Source: a virus (taxonomy: Duplodnaviria; Caudoviricetes). Taken from it: DNA of 25,435 nucleotides. The translations under genes and the position numbers were made by a program. The notes below the pieces were generated by a model. The model was not told where the DNA came from and did not search any database. It was given only the letters and a program-made list of their open reading frames with translations. Numbering within the stretch: the first letter of the stretch is position 1; each line of letters starts with the position of its first letter. The stretch is taken from positions 1 through 25,435 of IMG/VR virus record IMGVR_UViG_3300020043_004524; one strand, written 5' to 3'. Shown piece after piece: positions 1-10,257 of the stretch.

Positions 1-311
1 TGCACGTCATTGTCACCACTTTTGTCCGGTGGATGGATGCCGAGCGCTTCGTGGAGCAGCTGCAGACGGAAAAGGGGACGTACATCGTGCGAACCCCGAA
101 CGGTTACGAGCAGCCGCACCAGATGTTCTTCGTGGCGCGGAACCTGAAGCGGGATTTGTTGCAGTGGCTGCCGGAAGCCTGCCTCACCATTCCCAGCTTC
201 CAGAAAGTGCGGAAGATGCAGGCGGGTGACAATGCCCAGGGAGACCTGTTCGGCGGCAACGAGCTGGGCGCATTTGTTGCCAGCAAGCCGTATTTGGTTG
301 CCGGTTCCTGA
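1..311 (+). CDS. terS: Terminase small subunit (P27-like), 5'-truncated by window edge
   Basis: Frame is open from the window edge (HVIVTTFVRWMDAERF...). The TPNGYEQPHQ motif resembles P27-family TerS. Its stop overlaps the terL start (TGATG). Confidence 0.75.
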   Translation, partial: HVIVTTFVRWMDAERFVEQLQTEKGTYIVRTPNGYEQPHQMFFVARNLKRDLLQWLPEACLTIPSFQKVRKMQAGDNAQGDLFGGNELGAFVASKPYLVAGS

Positions 312-1972
312 TGCTCAATGCAGACATCGACTTCGACGCCTACGGCCGCGCGGTGCTTGCCGGGGAAGTCACAGTCTGCAAGTGGACCCGGCTGGCTGTT
401 GAGCGTCATTACCGGGATCTGGAAACGGGTGCTGAGCGCGGCCTGGTGTTCAGTGAACCGCATGCCCGACACGCTCTGGGGTTTTTCGATTTTCTGCGGC
501 ACAGCAAAGACCGCTGGGCCGGTCAGCCGTTCCTGCTGTCGCCCTGGCAAGCCTTCTGGCATGCGGTGCTGTTCGGCTGGCTTCGCGCCGATGGCACGCG
601 CAGATTCCGCAAAGGCTACATGCGGGTGGCCCGCAAGAACGGGAAAACGACGACGATGGCCGGCACCGGCCTCTACCTGCTGGTGGGGGACGGCATAGCC
701 GGCGCCGAGGTTTACACCGCCGCCACCAAGCTGGACCAGGCGAAGCTGGCCCATAAGGAAGCGGAAATGATGGTGCTCCAGTCCCCGGCGTTACGGCGGG
801 CACTGGAGGTCTACAAGAACAAGATTTTCATTCCCGGCACGGCCAGCCTTTACGCGCCGCTGGGTGCCGATGCAAAGACTCAGGACGGCCTGAACCCGCA
901 CGGGGCGCTGGTGGATGAGCTGCATGCTCACCCGAACAGTGCGCTGTGGGATGTTCTGGACAGCGCCATGGGCGCCCGCAGCCAGCCGCTGATGCTGGCC
1001 ATCACCACCGCCGGATTCAACGGTGAAGAATCGGTCTGCGTGGTGCAGGACAACTACCTAAAGGGCATCCTGGAGCAACAGTTTGACGATGACGCCTACT
1101 GGGGCGTGATCTACGAAATCGACGACGAAGACGACTGGCGGAACGAAGCCTGCTGGATCAAGGCCAATCCGAACCTGGGCGTCAGCGTCAGCCTGGACAG
1201 CCTGCGCGAGGCGGCCCGTACCGCGGAGAACCAGCCGTCCAGCCTGGAGAACTTTCTTACCAAGCGGCTGAACCGCTGGGTGAAAGCACAAAACCTGTGG
1301 CTGCCAATGGAGCACTGGCGCGCCTGCCGGTCGGTGTACGCGCTGGACGATCTGCGCGATGCAGAAACCATCTGCGGCGGTCTCGACCTGGCCAGTACCA
1401 GCGACCTGTGCAGCTTTGTGCTGGCCGCCCGGATGCCGGACGGCAAGCGCCGCCTGTGGGGTCGGCATTACCTGCCGGAAGATGCTGCGCTGGCTAACGG
1501 CAACATCAACAAGCACCTGTACCAGCAATGGGCGCGTTCCGGGTGGTTGACGCTGACACCGGGAAATGTAGCCGATTACGACTGGATCAAGCGCGACATC
1601 CTGCAGGCGCTGGACACGCTGGATATCCGGGAAATCGGCTTCGACAACTGGAACAGCACCCAGCTGGTGAACGACCTGCTGGCCGAGTCGGCGCCGATGG
1701 TGGTCTTTCGCCAGGGGTTTGTCAGCATGAACCCGGCCATGAAGGAAGTGGAGCGGCTGATCCTGAAGCGCGACATGGAGCACCCGGGAGATCCGGTGCT
1801 GACCTGGGCGATGGGCAATGTGGTGGCCTCGCGTGACCCGGCCGGGAACGTGAAGCCGGACAAGGCCAAGAGCACGAACAAGATTGACCCGGCGGTGGCG
1901 TCCATCATGGCGCTGGGCCGGTTGATGGTCCACGCCGATGACGGCGGCGGTTTTGGCATTGAGGTATTGTGA
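311..1972 (+). CDS. terL: Terminase large subunit (HK97-like)
   Basis: Walker A VARKNGKTT, Walker B ALVDELHAH, nuclease motifs GGLDLASTSDL and KIDPAVA; 553 aa. Confidence 0.97.
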   Translation: MLNADIDFDAYGRAVLAGEVTVCKWTRLAVERHYRDLETGAERGLVFSEPHARHALGFFDFLRHSKDRWAGQPFLLSPWQAFWHAVLFGWLRADGTRRFRKGYMRVARKNGKTTTMAGTGLYLLVGDGIAGAEVYTAATKLDQAKLAHKEAEMMVLQSPALRRALEVYKNKIFIPGTASLYAPLGADAKTQDGLNPHGALVDELHAHPNSALWDVLDSAMGARSQPLMLAITTAGFNGEESVCVVQDNYLKGILEQQFDDDAYWGVIYEIDDEDDWRNEACWIKANPNLGVSVSLDSLREAARTAENQPSSLENFLTKRLNRWVKAQNLWLPMEHWRACRSVYALDDLRDAETICGGLDLASTSDLCSFVLAARMPDGKRRLWGRHYLPEDAALANGNINKHLYQQWARSGWLTLTPGNVADYDWIKRDILQALDTLDIREIGFDNWNSTQLVNDLLAESAPMVVFRQGFVSMNPAMKEVERLILKRDMEHPGDPVLTWAMGNVVASRDPAGNVKPDKAKSTNKIDPAVASIMALGRLMVHADDGGGFGIEVL

Positions 1973-1975
1973 ACC

Positions 1976-3220
1976 ATGGCGAAGAAACGCATCCGGCACC
2001 GGCAGCAGACGGCCGTTCAAGCCGCCGGCAGCTTGCCGATCAGTTCGGGCGTCTATGGCTCCGACCTGTATTCCCTGCTGGCCAGTCCCAACGCTTCCGG
2101 CATGGCGGTCACGGAAACCACCGTGATGTGCGTCAGCGCGGTCTATGCCTGCGTGCAGCTGATTGCCGGGGCAGTGGCCAGCCTGCCCATTCCCATTTAC
2201 CGGGAAAGCAGCGACGGCAAGACACGGTCCCGCGCCAACATTCCGTTGAGCGACCTGCTGAACCGCGAGCCGACGGCCCGTTGTTCGGCAAGCACCTTCT
2301 GGCGCTACATCATGACCAGCAAGCTGCTGCATGGTGACGGCTTCGCCAAAATCGTGCGCGAGTCGCGGACCTCGCCGCTGGCGGCGGAGATCATCCCCTG
2401 GCATCCGTCGGCGGTAATCGTGATCCCGAACGGCAACCGGCTGGCCTATCAGTTCTTCAGCATGCCGAACATTGACGGCGCGTCCATCCAGTCCGAGATC
2501 CTGGACCAGGACGACGTGCTGCACTTCACCGGCGTCGGCTTCAACGGCCTGCGCTCGGTGTCTCCTCTGCGCCACGCCCTGCGCAATGCCGCTGGCATCG
2601 CGCTGGCTGCCGATCGCTACAGCGCGGAGTTCTTCGGAGCCGGTGCAAAGCCGGAAATCATCATCAAGAGCCAGGCTGCCAAGCTGAGCGAAGAGCAGAA
2701 GGAGATGATCCGCGCCGCCTGGACCGATATCCATGCGGGCAATCGCCGCCGTCCGGGTGTGCTGGGCGCCGGTATGGAAGTGAAGGAGCTGACGATCAAC
2801 GCCGAAGATGCGCAGCTGCTGCAGGCCCGCCAGTTCCAGATTGAAGACATTGCCCGGATCTACGGCGTGCCGCCGTTCATGATCGGCCACACCCAGAACA
2901 CCACCAGTTGGGGCTCCGGTGTCGAGCAGATGGGCATCGGCTTCGTCAAGTACACCCTGCAGCAGCACCTGGTGGATGCCGAGCAGGAGATCAACCGCAA
3001 GCTGCTGAAGGGCAGCCCGTTCTTTGCAGAGTTCGCCACGGCCGGGCTGGAGCGCGGCGACATCAAGACCCGCAACGAATCGTACCGGATCGGCCTGGGC
3101 CGCGCCGGTGAACCGGGGTGGCTGACCATCAACGAGGTCCGCGCCTTTGAAAACCTGCCGCCGATTCCCGGCGGTGACGTGCTGGCCGCTGCGGCGCCGG
3201 CTGCTGGAGCAACGCCATGA
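1976..3220 (+). CDS. HK97-family portal protein
   Basis: SAVYACVQLIAGAVASLP, DAQLLQARQFQIEDIARIYGVPP and WLTINEVRAFENLPPIPGGD motifs; lies directly after terL. Confidence 0.96.
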   Translation: MAKKRIRHRQQTAVQAAGSLPISSGVYGSDLYSLLASPNASGMAVTETTVMCVSAVYACVQLIAGAVASLPIPIYRESSDGKTRSRANIPLSDLLNREPTARCSASTFWRYIMTSKLLHGDGFAKIVRESRTSPLAAEIIPWHPSAVIVIPNGNRLAYQFFSMPNIDGASIQSEILDQDDVLHFTGVGFNGLRSVSPLRHALRNAAGIALAADRYSAEFFGAGAKPEIIIKSQAAKLSEEQKEMIRAAWTDIHAGNRRRPGVLGAGMEVKELTINAEDAQLLQARQFQIEDIARIYGVPPFMIGHTQNTTSWGSGVEQMGIGFVKYTLQQHLVDAEQEINRKLLKGSPFFAEFATAGLERGDIKTRNESYRIGLGRAGEPGWLTINEVRAFENLPPIPGGDVLAAAAPAAGATP

Positions 3221-4038
3221 ACCAACTGATGAGCCTGTACGCGCTGAACCGCGCGGCCCGGCATGTTTTCCGCGTGGATAACGCCGTGTCGGAAAGCGAG
3301 GCCACCATTTACATGTACGACATGATCGTCAGCGATGACCTGACCGCCGAATGGTGCGGCGGCATCAGCCCGATGATGTTCCTGCGTGACCTGGCCAGCA
3401 TTACCGCGCCGACCATTCACCTGCGCATCAACAGCCCCGGCGGTGACGTGTTCGCCGCCCGCGCCATTGAGCAGGCCATCCGCGACAGCGACAAGACGAT
3501 CATCTGCCACATTGACGGCATCTGCGCCAGCGCGGCCACCTTCATTGCCATCGCCTGCGATGAGGTGGTGATGTCGCCCGGTGCGCTGTTCATGATCCAC
3601 AACGGCTGGACGTGGGGCTGCGGCGACCGCCACGACATGACCAAGACGGCCACGCTGCTGGGCAAGGTAGACAGCACCATTGCCCTGAGCTATGCCACCA
3701 AGTGCGGCAAGGATCAGGCGGAAATTTCGCTGTTGATGGATGCCGAGACGTGGTTCACCGCGCAGGAAGCGCAAGCGTTCGGCCTAGTTGATCGCATTTC
3801 TGGCGCGGCTGATGCGGTTCCGCCGGGGGCTCCTGCGGCGCCCGAGCCGGAAGAACCGGAAACGGACGGCCCGATGGACATGTGGAACCTGTCGGTGTAT
3901 CGCAATGCGCCGCGCAACATGAAGCCGAAGGCCCGCACCAGTCCGGCCCCGACGCCGAATCCGCCGCCGCCAACGGCCGGCAAGACCCCTGATTTTTCCG
4001 CGATGGCCCGCCGCTTGGCGGTGGCCGCCGCCCTGTAA
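3217..4038 (+). CDS. ClpP-type head maturation protease
   Basis: INSPGGDVF, IDGICASAATFI, MIHN and ETWFTAQEA motifs; Pro-rich C-terminal tail. Confidence 0.93.
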   Translation: MNQLMSLYALNRAARHVFRVDNAVSESEATIYMYDMIVSDDLTAEWCGGISPMMFLRDLASITAPTIHLRINSPGGDVFAARAIEQAIRDSDKTIICHIDGICASAATFIAIACDEVVMSPGALFMIHNGWTWGCGDRHDMTKTATLLGKVDSTIALSYATKCGKDQAEISLLMDAETWFTAQEAQAFGLVDRISGAADAVPPGAPAAPEPEEPETDGPMDMWNLSVYRNAPRNMKPKARTSPAPTPNPPPPTAGKTPDFSAMARRLAVAAAL

Positions 4039-4058
4039 CCCCGGTTTTAACCCGCCAC

Positions 4059-4081
4059 ACCCGCAATGTTGCGGGTTTTTT
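4059..4081 (+). terminator. Intrinsic terminator-like hairpin upstream of the capsid gene
   Basis: ACCCGCA-ATGT-TGCGGGT stem-loop followed by a T run. Confidence 0.6.
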
Positions 4082-4100
4082 CATTTTGGAGATCCAAAAG

Positions 4101-5318
4101 ATGAAGTCCATTCAAGCCCTCCGTGAGGAAAAGAATGTCGTTGCCAAGCGCGTGCAGGATCTGATGGCCGCCAGCCAACAGCCCGGCACCACCTGGACCA
4201 CCGAAAACCAGTCTGCCTATGACGCCGACATGGCCAAGATCGAGGCGCTGAATGCCGAGATCGTGCGCACCGAGCGCGCCCTGGAAGCCCTGAAGGACGG
4301 CCAGCTGCAGGAGCAGATCGACAATGCCGCCCACGGCAAGAAGATCAGCGCCTCCAAGCGCCTGCTGGCCAAGTGGCTGAAGGGTGGTGATTCCGCGCTG
4401 ACCGCCTCGGACTGGACCGAGATCCGCAACACCATGTCGACCACCACAGGCAGCCAGGGCGGCTACACCGTGCAGTCCGATGTGGCTTCCATCCTGTTCG
4501 ATGCGCTGAAGGACTACAGCGGTGTGCGTCAGGTGGCCACGATCATCCAGACCGACATGGGCAACAGCCTGTCTTTCCCGACTTCTGACGGCACCAGCGA
4601 AACCGGTGAACTGATTGCCCAGAACACCACCGCCACTGCTGCAGACCCCACTTTCGGCACTGCGGCTCTGGATGTGTACAAGTTCAGCTCCAAGATCATC
4701 GCCGTGCCGTTCGAGCTGCTGCAGGACAGCAACATTGACATAGAGGCGTTCATCAATCGCCGCTTTGCCGATCGTCTGGGCCGCGTGACCAACACCTACT
4801 TCACCACCGGCAGCGGTTCCAGCCAGCCCAAGGGCGTGGTGACGGCTTCCACCCTGGGCAAGACCGGCGCCAGCGGCCAGACCACCACGGTGATCTACGA
4901 AGACCTGATCGACCTGGTGCACTCGGTGGACGTTGCCTACCGCGCGCTGGGCCGCTGCGCCTTCATGCTCAACGATGCCACGCTGGCTGCCATCCGCAAG
5001 CTGAAGGACAGTGCCGGCCGCCCGATCTTCATTCCGGGTTATGACGGCCTGGGCAACCCGATGCCGGATACCATCCTGGGCTGCCCGGTGGTGATCAACA
5101 ACGACGTGGCCACCATGGCGGCCAGCGCCAAGTCCATCCTGTTCGGCGATTTCAGCTTCTACTACATCCGCGACGTGATGCAGGCCGAGCTGTTCCGCTT
5201 CACCGACAGCGCCTACGCCAAGCTGGGTCAGGTGGGCTATCTGGCCTGGATGCGCACCGGCGGCAACCTGCTGGATACCGGCGGCTGCATCAAGCACTAC
5301 GCCAACGCCGCTTCCTGA
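4101..5318 (+). CDS. HK97-fold major capsid protein with N-terminal delta (scaffold) domain
   Basis: GGAGA SD before ATG 4101; coiled-coil N-terminus; TTTGSQGGYTV, VPFELLQDS, GSGSSQPKG and ILFGDFS motifs. Confidence 0.96.
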   Translation: MKSIQALREEKNVVAKRVQDLMAASQQPGTTWTTENQSAYDADMAKIEALNAEIVRTERALEALKDGQLQEQIDNAAHGKKISASKRLLAKWLKGGDSALTASDWTEIRNTMSTTTGSQGGYTVQSDVASILFDALKDYSGVRQVATIIQTDMGNSLSFPTSDGTSETGELIAQNTTATAADPTFGTAALDVYKFSSKIIAVPFELLQDSNIDIEAFINRRFADRLGRVTNTYFTTGSGSSQPKGVVTASTLGKTGASGQTTTVIYEDLIDLVHSVDVAYRALGRCAFMLNDATLAAIRKLKDSAGRPIFIPGYDGLGNPMPDTILGCPVVINNDVATMAASAKSILFGDFSFYYIRDVMQAELFRFTDSAYAKLGQVGYLAWMRTGGNLLDTGGCIKHYANAAS

Positions 5319-5360
5319 TGACGGCGGGGCCGGTTCGCCGGCCCCACTGGAGCCTGAGTC

Positions 5361-5558
5361 ATGGCCAAGAAAACCGAGACAGTCATCAAGCCGGTGCGTG
5401 TTGCCGTGCTGTGTGACTGCACGAATATTGATGGCAGCCGCCTGAAAGCGGGCAGTGTGGTTGATCTTCCGCCGCACTGCTTTGAGGCGCTGCTGAAGGT
5501 TGGCATGGTCACGGACAATCCGGACCAGATCGCCTACAACGAACGGAACCCGGTATGA
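5361..5558 (+). CDS. Small hypothetical protein after the capsid gene
   Basis: GGAG SD; 65 aa; stop overlaps the next ATG (ATGA). Confidence 0.7.
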   Translation: MAKKTETVIKPVRVAVLCDCTNIDGSRLKAGSVVDLPPHCFEALLKVGMVTDNPDQIAYNERNPV

Positions 5559-6106
5559 AGCTGACCGTTGTGACGGCCGCTGCGGCGCCGCCCGTGCTGA
5601 TGGCCGATATCAAGCTGCACCTGCGGCTGGATACCGACACCAGCGACGAGGATCGCCTGCTGGAGCGTTTGGCGCGGACCAGCGCCGAGCGTTGCAGTCA
5701 GGAGACTGGCCGCGCGGTGCTGACCACCACCTACCAGGTGGAGGCCGGCATTGATGAAGTGCTGCTGCTGCCGAAACCGCCTTTTGTGGAGATGGTGTCG
5801 GTGACGGGTGTGGCGGAAGACGGCACCACCACGGTGTTGACGACCGACGACTACACCCTGACCGAAACCGCCCAGAAGACGCTGGTCACGATTACCAACC
5901 CTGGCGATGCGGTCACGGTGCGCGTTCGGTACACAGCCGGTTATGGCGCCACGGCAGACGACCTGCCCAACGCCATGATTAGCTGGATGCTGATGGACAT
6001 TGCCACGCTGTACGAACAGCGGCAGGCCGTGACGGCAGGGCAGGCCAATGCTGTGCCGTACCCCTTTGTGGGCGGCCTGCTGGATTCGCTGCGGGTGGAG
6101 TTCTGA
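5555..6106 (+). CDS. Head-tail connector (gp6-like)
   Basis: IKLHLRLD...DEDRLL, VRYTAGYG and ATLYEQR motifs; synteny. Confidence 0.9.
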   Translation: MKLTVVTAAAAPPVLMADIKLHLRLDTDTSDEDRLLERLARTSAERCSQETGRAVLTTTYQVEAGIDEVLLLPKPPFVEMVSVTGVAEDGTTTVLTTDDYTLTETAQKTLVTITNPGDAVTVRVRYTAGYGATADDLPNAMISWMLMDIATLYEQRQAVTAGQANAVPYPFVGGLLDSLRVEF

Positions 6107-6107
6107 C

Positions 6108-6434
6108 ATGGATATCGGCCAACTGCGCCACCAGGTGACCATCGAGCGCCCCGCCGAAACGCGCGGCCAGATGGGCAGCCAGAAAAAGGCATGGGCGCCT
6201 ATCTGCCAGACCTGGGCGCGTGTGCAGCCGCTGTCCGGCCGTGCGCTGGAAGTTGCCCAGGCGCTGCATGCCGAGGTTACCGTCAAGATCACTATGCGCT
6301 ACCGCGCGGACGTGAATGAAACCTGCCGCGTGGTTTATCGCGGCATCAATTACGCGGTGCAGTACGTGCTGAACCCGGAGGAACAGAATCGGGAACTGCA
6401 ACTGTACTGCACCACCGGGGTCAGCGATGGCTGA
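6108..6434 (+). CDS. Head closure / head-tail adaptor (SPP1 gp16-like)
   Basis: MDIGQLRHQVTIE, WARVQPLSGR and ITMRYR motifs. Start placed at ATG 6108, not the upstream start in the ORF track. Confidence 0.9.
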   Translation: MDIGQLRHQVTIERPAETRGQMGSQKKAWAPICQTWARVQPLSGRALEVAQALHAEVTVKITMRYRADVNETCRVVYRGINYAVQYVLNPEEQNRELQLYCTTGVSDG

Positions 6435-6978
6435 TCCGGTTGCCACCATGACCGTGAGCGGTCTGGCGGATCTGGAGGAAGCGCTGCTGGAGCTTGGAAA
6501 CTCGGTGGCCGGAAAGGCGCTGTACAACGCGCTGATGACCGCCGCCATCCCCATTCAGAACACCGCCATTGCCATGGCGCCGCAAGCCGCCAAACCGTAC
6601 TACCGGTACAAGCGGCGCGGAAAGAAGGTGCGTGGCAGGGCGGCCGCCGGTCAGCCGGCAGCCGGTACCACCACCGAGAGGGTACTGGAACAGCCTGGCA
6701 ACCTGCGGAAAAACATTTCCCGCAAACGGCTGAAGGGTCGCAAGTATGCCGAGTTGACCGGCGGCGAGGCGTACGTCGGTGTCAGTTGGCAAGGCAATGC
6801 CTTTTACGGCCGTTTCCTGGAGTTCGGGACCGCAAAAATGGCGGCCCGGCCGTTCTTGCGCCCCGCTTTTGACGCCAGATCCGGCGAGGCGCTGGGCATA
6901 TTCATGGACCGCCTGCGTGAAAACATCGAGCGCGCCCGCCGCCGGGCCGCCGCCAAAACCCAGGGGAACGCCAGATGA
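6427..6978 (+). CDS. HK97 gp10-family tail completion protein
   Basis: FYGRFLEFGTAKMAARPFLRPAFD signature. Confidence 0.92.
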   Translation: MADPVATMTVSGLADLEEALLELGNSVAGKALYNALMTAAIPIQNTAIAMAPQAAKPYYRYKRRGKKVRGRAAAGQPAAGTTTERVLEQPGNLRKNISRKRLKGRKYAELTGGEAYVGVSWQGNAFYGRFLEFGTAKMAARPFLRPAFDARSGEALGIFMDRLRENIERARRRAAAKTQGNAR

Positions 6979-7340
6979 CCACCATCCGCGCCAACGCTGC
7001 CGTGACCGACGCGCTCAAGCCTCTGGTACAAAGCCGGGTGTGGCCATTCGTGGCCCCGGAAACCAATGCGGGTGCACCTTACATCACGTACACACCGATC
7101 AGCAGTCAGCGCCTGCAAACGCTGGACGGCTACAGCGGCCACAATCAGGTATCCATGCAGATTGACATCTGGGCCGATGACGTGGAAACCACCACGCGCC
7201 TGGCCGAAACCGTCATCCAGCTGCTGGAGGCCCGTACCGACATTTCCGCCCGCGTCCAGCAGGACCGGGACGATCACGATTCAACCACCAACCTCGTTCG
7301 GAAGTCGCTCGATTTCCTGATTTGGGAGCAAACGCAATGA
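6975..7340 (+). CDS. Tail terminator (DUF3168-like)
   Basis: RVWPFVAP, PYITY and MQIDIWA motifs; lies before the tail tube gene. Confidence 0.85.
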   Translation: MTTIRANAAVTDALKPLVQSRVWPFVAPETNAGAPYITYTPISSQRLQTLDGYSGHNQVSMQIDIWADDVETTTRLAETVIQLLEARTDISARVQQDRDDHDSTTNLVRKSLDFLIWEQTQ

Positions 7341-7765
7341 CCGCCACCACGCTGAACACCAACAGCACCGTCCTGAAAATCGGCGACGGTGTCACCCCGA
7401 CCGAAGGCTTCACCAACGTCGGCCAGATTACCGACTGGGACGGCTTCGACGAAAAGTCGAAGGTGATCGACATCACCACCCTGGACGACGACTACTCCGA
7501 AAAAGACGGCGGTGCCGTGATCGACTCGGGCGCCACCGGCATGGATCTGCTGTATGACCCGGCCAACACCAACATCAACGCCTTGCGCACCGGTGTCGGC
7601 ACCAAGAAGAACTTCCAGCTGATCCTGAGCAACGGCACCACCCAGTTTGCCTTTGCCGCCGTGATCACCGGCTTCAAGATCATGGGCAAGAAGGACGACA
7701 AGATTCGCGCCAAGGTGTCGCTGGATGTGTCCGGCGCCATCACCAAGTCCACCATCACACCGTAA
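7337..7765 (+). CDS. Major tail (tube) protein
   Basis: LKIGDGVTPTEGFT and IDITTLD motifs; ATG overlaps the upstream stop (ATGA) with a GGAG SD. Confidence 0.88.
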   Translation: MTATTLNTNSTVLKIGDGVTPTEGFTNVGQITDWDGFDEKSKVIDITTLDDDYSEKDGGAVIDSGATGMDLLYDPANTNINALRTGVGTKKNFQLILSNGTTQFAFAAVITGFKIMGKKDDKIRAKVSLDVSGAITKSTITP

Positions 7766-7773
7766 GGCCCGCC

Positions 7774-8100
7774 ATGCTGACCCGTGAACAGATTCTCGGG
7801 GCCGGTTTCCGGTCCGAAGTGGTAAGCACCCGCATCGGTGACATGCGGGTGCGGGTGATGAGCGGCGCGGCCCGCGAGTTGTTCGAGGCCTCGCTCAAGG
7901 ACGGTGACAACAGCGGAACCATCCGCGCCCGCTGGCTGCGCCTGACGGTCTGCGATGATTCCGGCAACCTGCTGTTTACCGACGCCGACATCCCGGAGCT
8001 GGCCAAGCTGGACGCCGACGTGCTGATCCTGCCATTTGCGGTCGCCCTGCGCATCAACGGCATGGCTCCTGAGTCGGTGGAGCAGGCCGAAAAAAACTGA
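7774..8100 (+). CDS. Tail assembly chaperone (gpG-like)
   Basis: MLTREQIL start; ends in ...AEKN at a slippery site; lies between the tube and tape measure genes. Confidence 0.88.
   Translation: MLTREQILGAGFRSEVVSTRIGDMRVRVMSGAARELFEASLKDGDNSGTIRARWLRLTVCDDSGNLLFTDADIPELAKLDADVLILPFAVALRINGMAPESVEQAEKN
8091..8097 (+). other. Programmed -1 ribosomal frameshift site A AAA AAC
   Basis: X XXY YYZ heptamer in frame just before the TGA. The -1 frame is open from 8094 to 8435 (KLTERPIRQFYFRLAARLGRSV...). Confidence 0.85.
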
Positions 8101-8435
8101 CCGAGCGCCCCATCCGGCAATTTTATTTCCGGCTGGCGGCGCGGTTGGGTCGGTCGGTATCGGAGCTGCTGGCCACGGTTGACAGTGATGAGCTGACGGA
8201 GTGGCTGGCGGCCTGGCGCCTGGGCCTGTTGGACGATTGGAAACCGGTGCGCGACGTAATCGACTACGCCAGCGCCGGGATCTGCGCGACCATCGCCAAC
8301 GTCAATCGCGGGGCGGATTCCCAGCCTTATTCCCTGTTCGATTTCACGCTGTTTGCAGAAAAGCCGGAACGTGATCCGGCGGATTTGGAAGCAGAAATTG
8401 ATGCGGCATTTTCTGAGAGGTCGGTAAATGGCTAA
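8094..8435 (+). CDS. gpT-like frameshift extension of the tail chaperone (G-T fusion)
   Basis: LAARLGRSVSELL...ELTEW pattern; no good start of its own; continuous with the -1 frame. Confidence 0.82.
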   Translation, partial: KLTERPIRQFYFRLAARLGRSVSELLATVDSDELTEWLAAWRLGLLDDWKPVRDVIDYASAGICATIANVNRGADSQPYSLFDFTLFAEKPERDPADLEAEIDAAFSERSVNG

Positions 8436-10257
8436 TGTGCTCTCCAGCTTGATGGTCACGCTGGGCGCGGATACCGCCGCCTTCCAGCAGGACATGGGCA
8501 GGGCCGGGCAAACGGCCAAAACCGAGTTCGAGAAAATCACGGACGGCGCCAAAGCCATGGGCGCTGCCCTGGCCGCTGCGTTTACTCTGGATGCCATCAA
8601 GGATGGCGTGCTGCAGGCCGTCAACTTTGCCGATGCCATGGGCGACATGGCGGCGCGCACCGGGCAGTCGGTGGAGTCGCTGACGGCCATGGGCTACGCC
8701 GCCCAGTTCAGCGGCTCCAATGTCGAGACCTACAGCGCAGGCATCGAAAAGCTGAGCGACAACATCGCCAGCGCCGCCGCCGGCAACGATGCTGCCGCGC
8801 AGATGTTCGGTCGACTGGGCGTCAGCGTGCGCGATGCCAACGGGCAGATCCGCGACAGTAACCAGGTGCTGCTGGATCTGGCCGACAAGGTAGCGGCCAT
8901 GCAGTCCCCGGCGGAAAAGACGGCCGCTGTGATGGACCTGTTTGGCAAGACTGCCGGCCCTGAACTGTTGCAGCTGCTCAACCAGGGCAAAGACGGTATC
9001 ACGGCCCTGACCGCCGAAGCCCAGCAGATGGGCGCGGTGATCAGCACCGAGACCGCCGAACAGGCCGGACAGTTCAATGATGCGCTTGACCGCGCCAAGA
9101 TCGCCTCCAATGGCCTGTTCCTGACCATTGGCAAGGAAGTACTGCCGGTCCTCAACAGTTTCAGCAGCAAGGCGACGGATGCGGCCACCAGCGGCGGGGT
9201 GCTGGAAAAGGCCGCCACCGCCGTGGGTGTGGCGTTCAAAACGGTTTATACCGGCGGAGCCGTGCTGGGCAATGTGCTGGGAGTTATCGGAGACCAGCTG
9301 GGCAAGGTCGGGGCGATGGCTGCGGCTGTTGCCAGCGGCGATTTTGATCAGCTGAGTGCAATCTGGAGTGACCGCACGGCGGTTGAGCAGTACAAGGCCA
9401 GCATCCTGGAGCTGGGCAACATCTGGAATGATGTGGGGCAGTCGGCGGCCGGCGCAGCTCAGGCGCAGGACCGCGCTACCGGCGGCGCCGGCGGCAATGC
9501 TTCCGCTGGCCTCCCTGGGGCAGGGAAGGGCAAGGGCAAGGCGCTCAAGGCGCCCGGTTCTGCCGGTAAAAAGGGTAACCGTCTTGATGAGTTGATGGCC
9601 GATGATAGCATTGCCGGAGTTATGACGGACATTGGCTATGACGCCAACCAGCGCAACAGCGAGTTTGAGGAGACCGAAGCCCGCCGGGTGCAGGCCGCGA
9701 ACGAGTCGGCTGCGCAGCTGGAGTATCTGACCAACAAGCAGCGCGAGGATGAAGCGGCGTTGCAGGCCGCCAAGCGGCAGGAAATAGCGCTCACCAAGGA
9801 TTTTTTCCTGGGCGGTCTTGATCAGATGGCCCAGGGTCACGGCAAAGCGGCGAAAGCCGCCCAGGCCGTGCAGAAAGCGCAGACGCTCTACCAGATCGGA
9901 GTCAATACCTACTCGGCCGCCATGGGCGCTTACAACGCATTGGCCGGGATACCGGTTGTTGGCCCGGCGCTTGGCGTGGCTGCCGCTGCTGCTGCCATAG
10001 CATTCGGCGGCAAGATGATGGCTGGGGTCAATGGTGGTGGTAAACCCGCCGCGCCTGGGGCTACCAGCCTGCCGTCAGCATCCGGCGGCAGCTCCTCCGT
10101 GACGCCGGTCAGTCAGATGCCGCAAGATCGCCATCCGCAAACCATCCTCCAGATCCCCGCCAACAGCCTCATGACCGGCCGCATGATTGCGGACCTGCTG
10201 GATGAGGCGCTTGGCGACGGCAAACAACTGACCAACCTGCGAGTGCAAGCCGTATGA
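8428..10257 (+). CDS. Tail tape measure protein
   Basis: LMVTLGADTAAF N-terminus; Ala-rich helical sequence; AAVMDLFGK motif; 609 aa. Confidence 0.93.
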   Translation: MANVLSSLMVTLGADTAAFQQDMGRAGQTAKTEFEKITDGAKAMGAALAAAFTLDAIKDGVLQAVNFADAMGDMAARTGQSVESLTAMGYAAQFSGSNVETYSAGIEKLSDNIASAAAGNDAAAQMFGRLGVSVRDANGQIRDSNQVLLDLADKVAAMQSPAEKTAAVMDLFGKTAGPELLQLLNQGKDGITALTAEAQQMGAVISTETAEQAGQFNDALDRAKIASNGLFLTIGKEVLPVLNSFSSKATDAATSGGVLEKAATAVGVAFKTVYTGGAVLGNVLGVIGDQLGKVGAMAAAVASGDFDQLSAIWSDRTAVEQYKASILELGNIWNDVGQSAAGAAQAQDRATGGAGGNASAGLPGAGKGKGKALKAPGSAGKKGNRLDELMADDSIAGVMTDIGYDANQRNSEFEETEARRVQAANESAAQLEYLTNKQREDEAALQAAKRQEIALTKDFFLGGLDQMAQGHGKAAKAAQAVQKAQTLYQIGVNTYSAAMGAYNALAGIPVVGPALGVAAAAAAIAFGGKMMAGVNGGGKPAAPGATSLPSASGGSSSVTPVSQMPQDRHPQTILQIPANSLMTGRMIADLLDEALGDGKQLTNLRVQAV

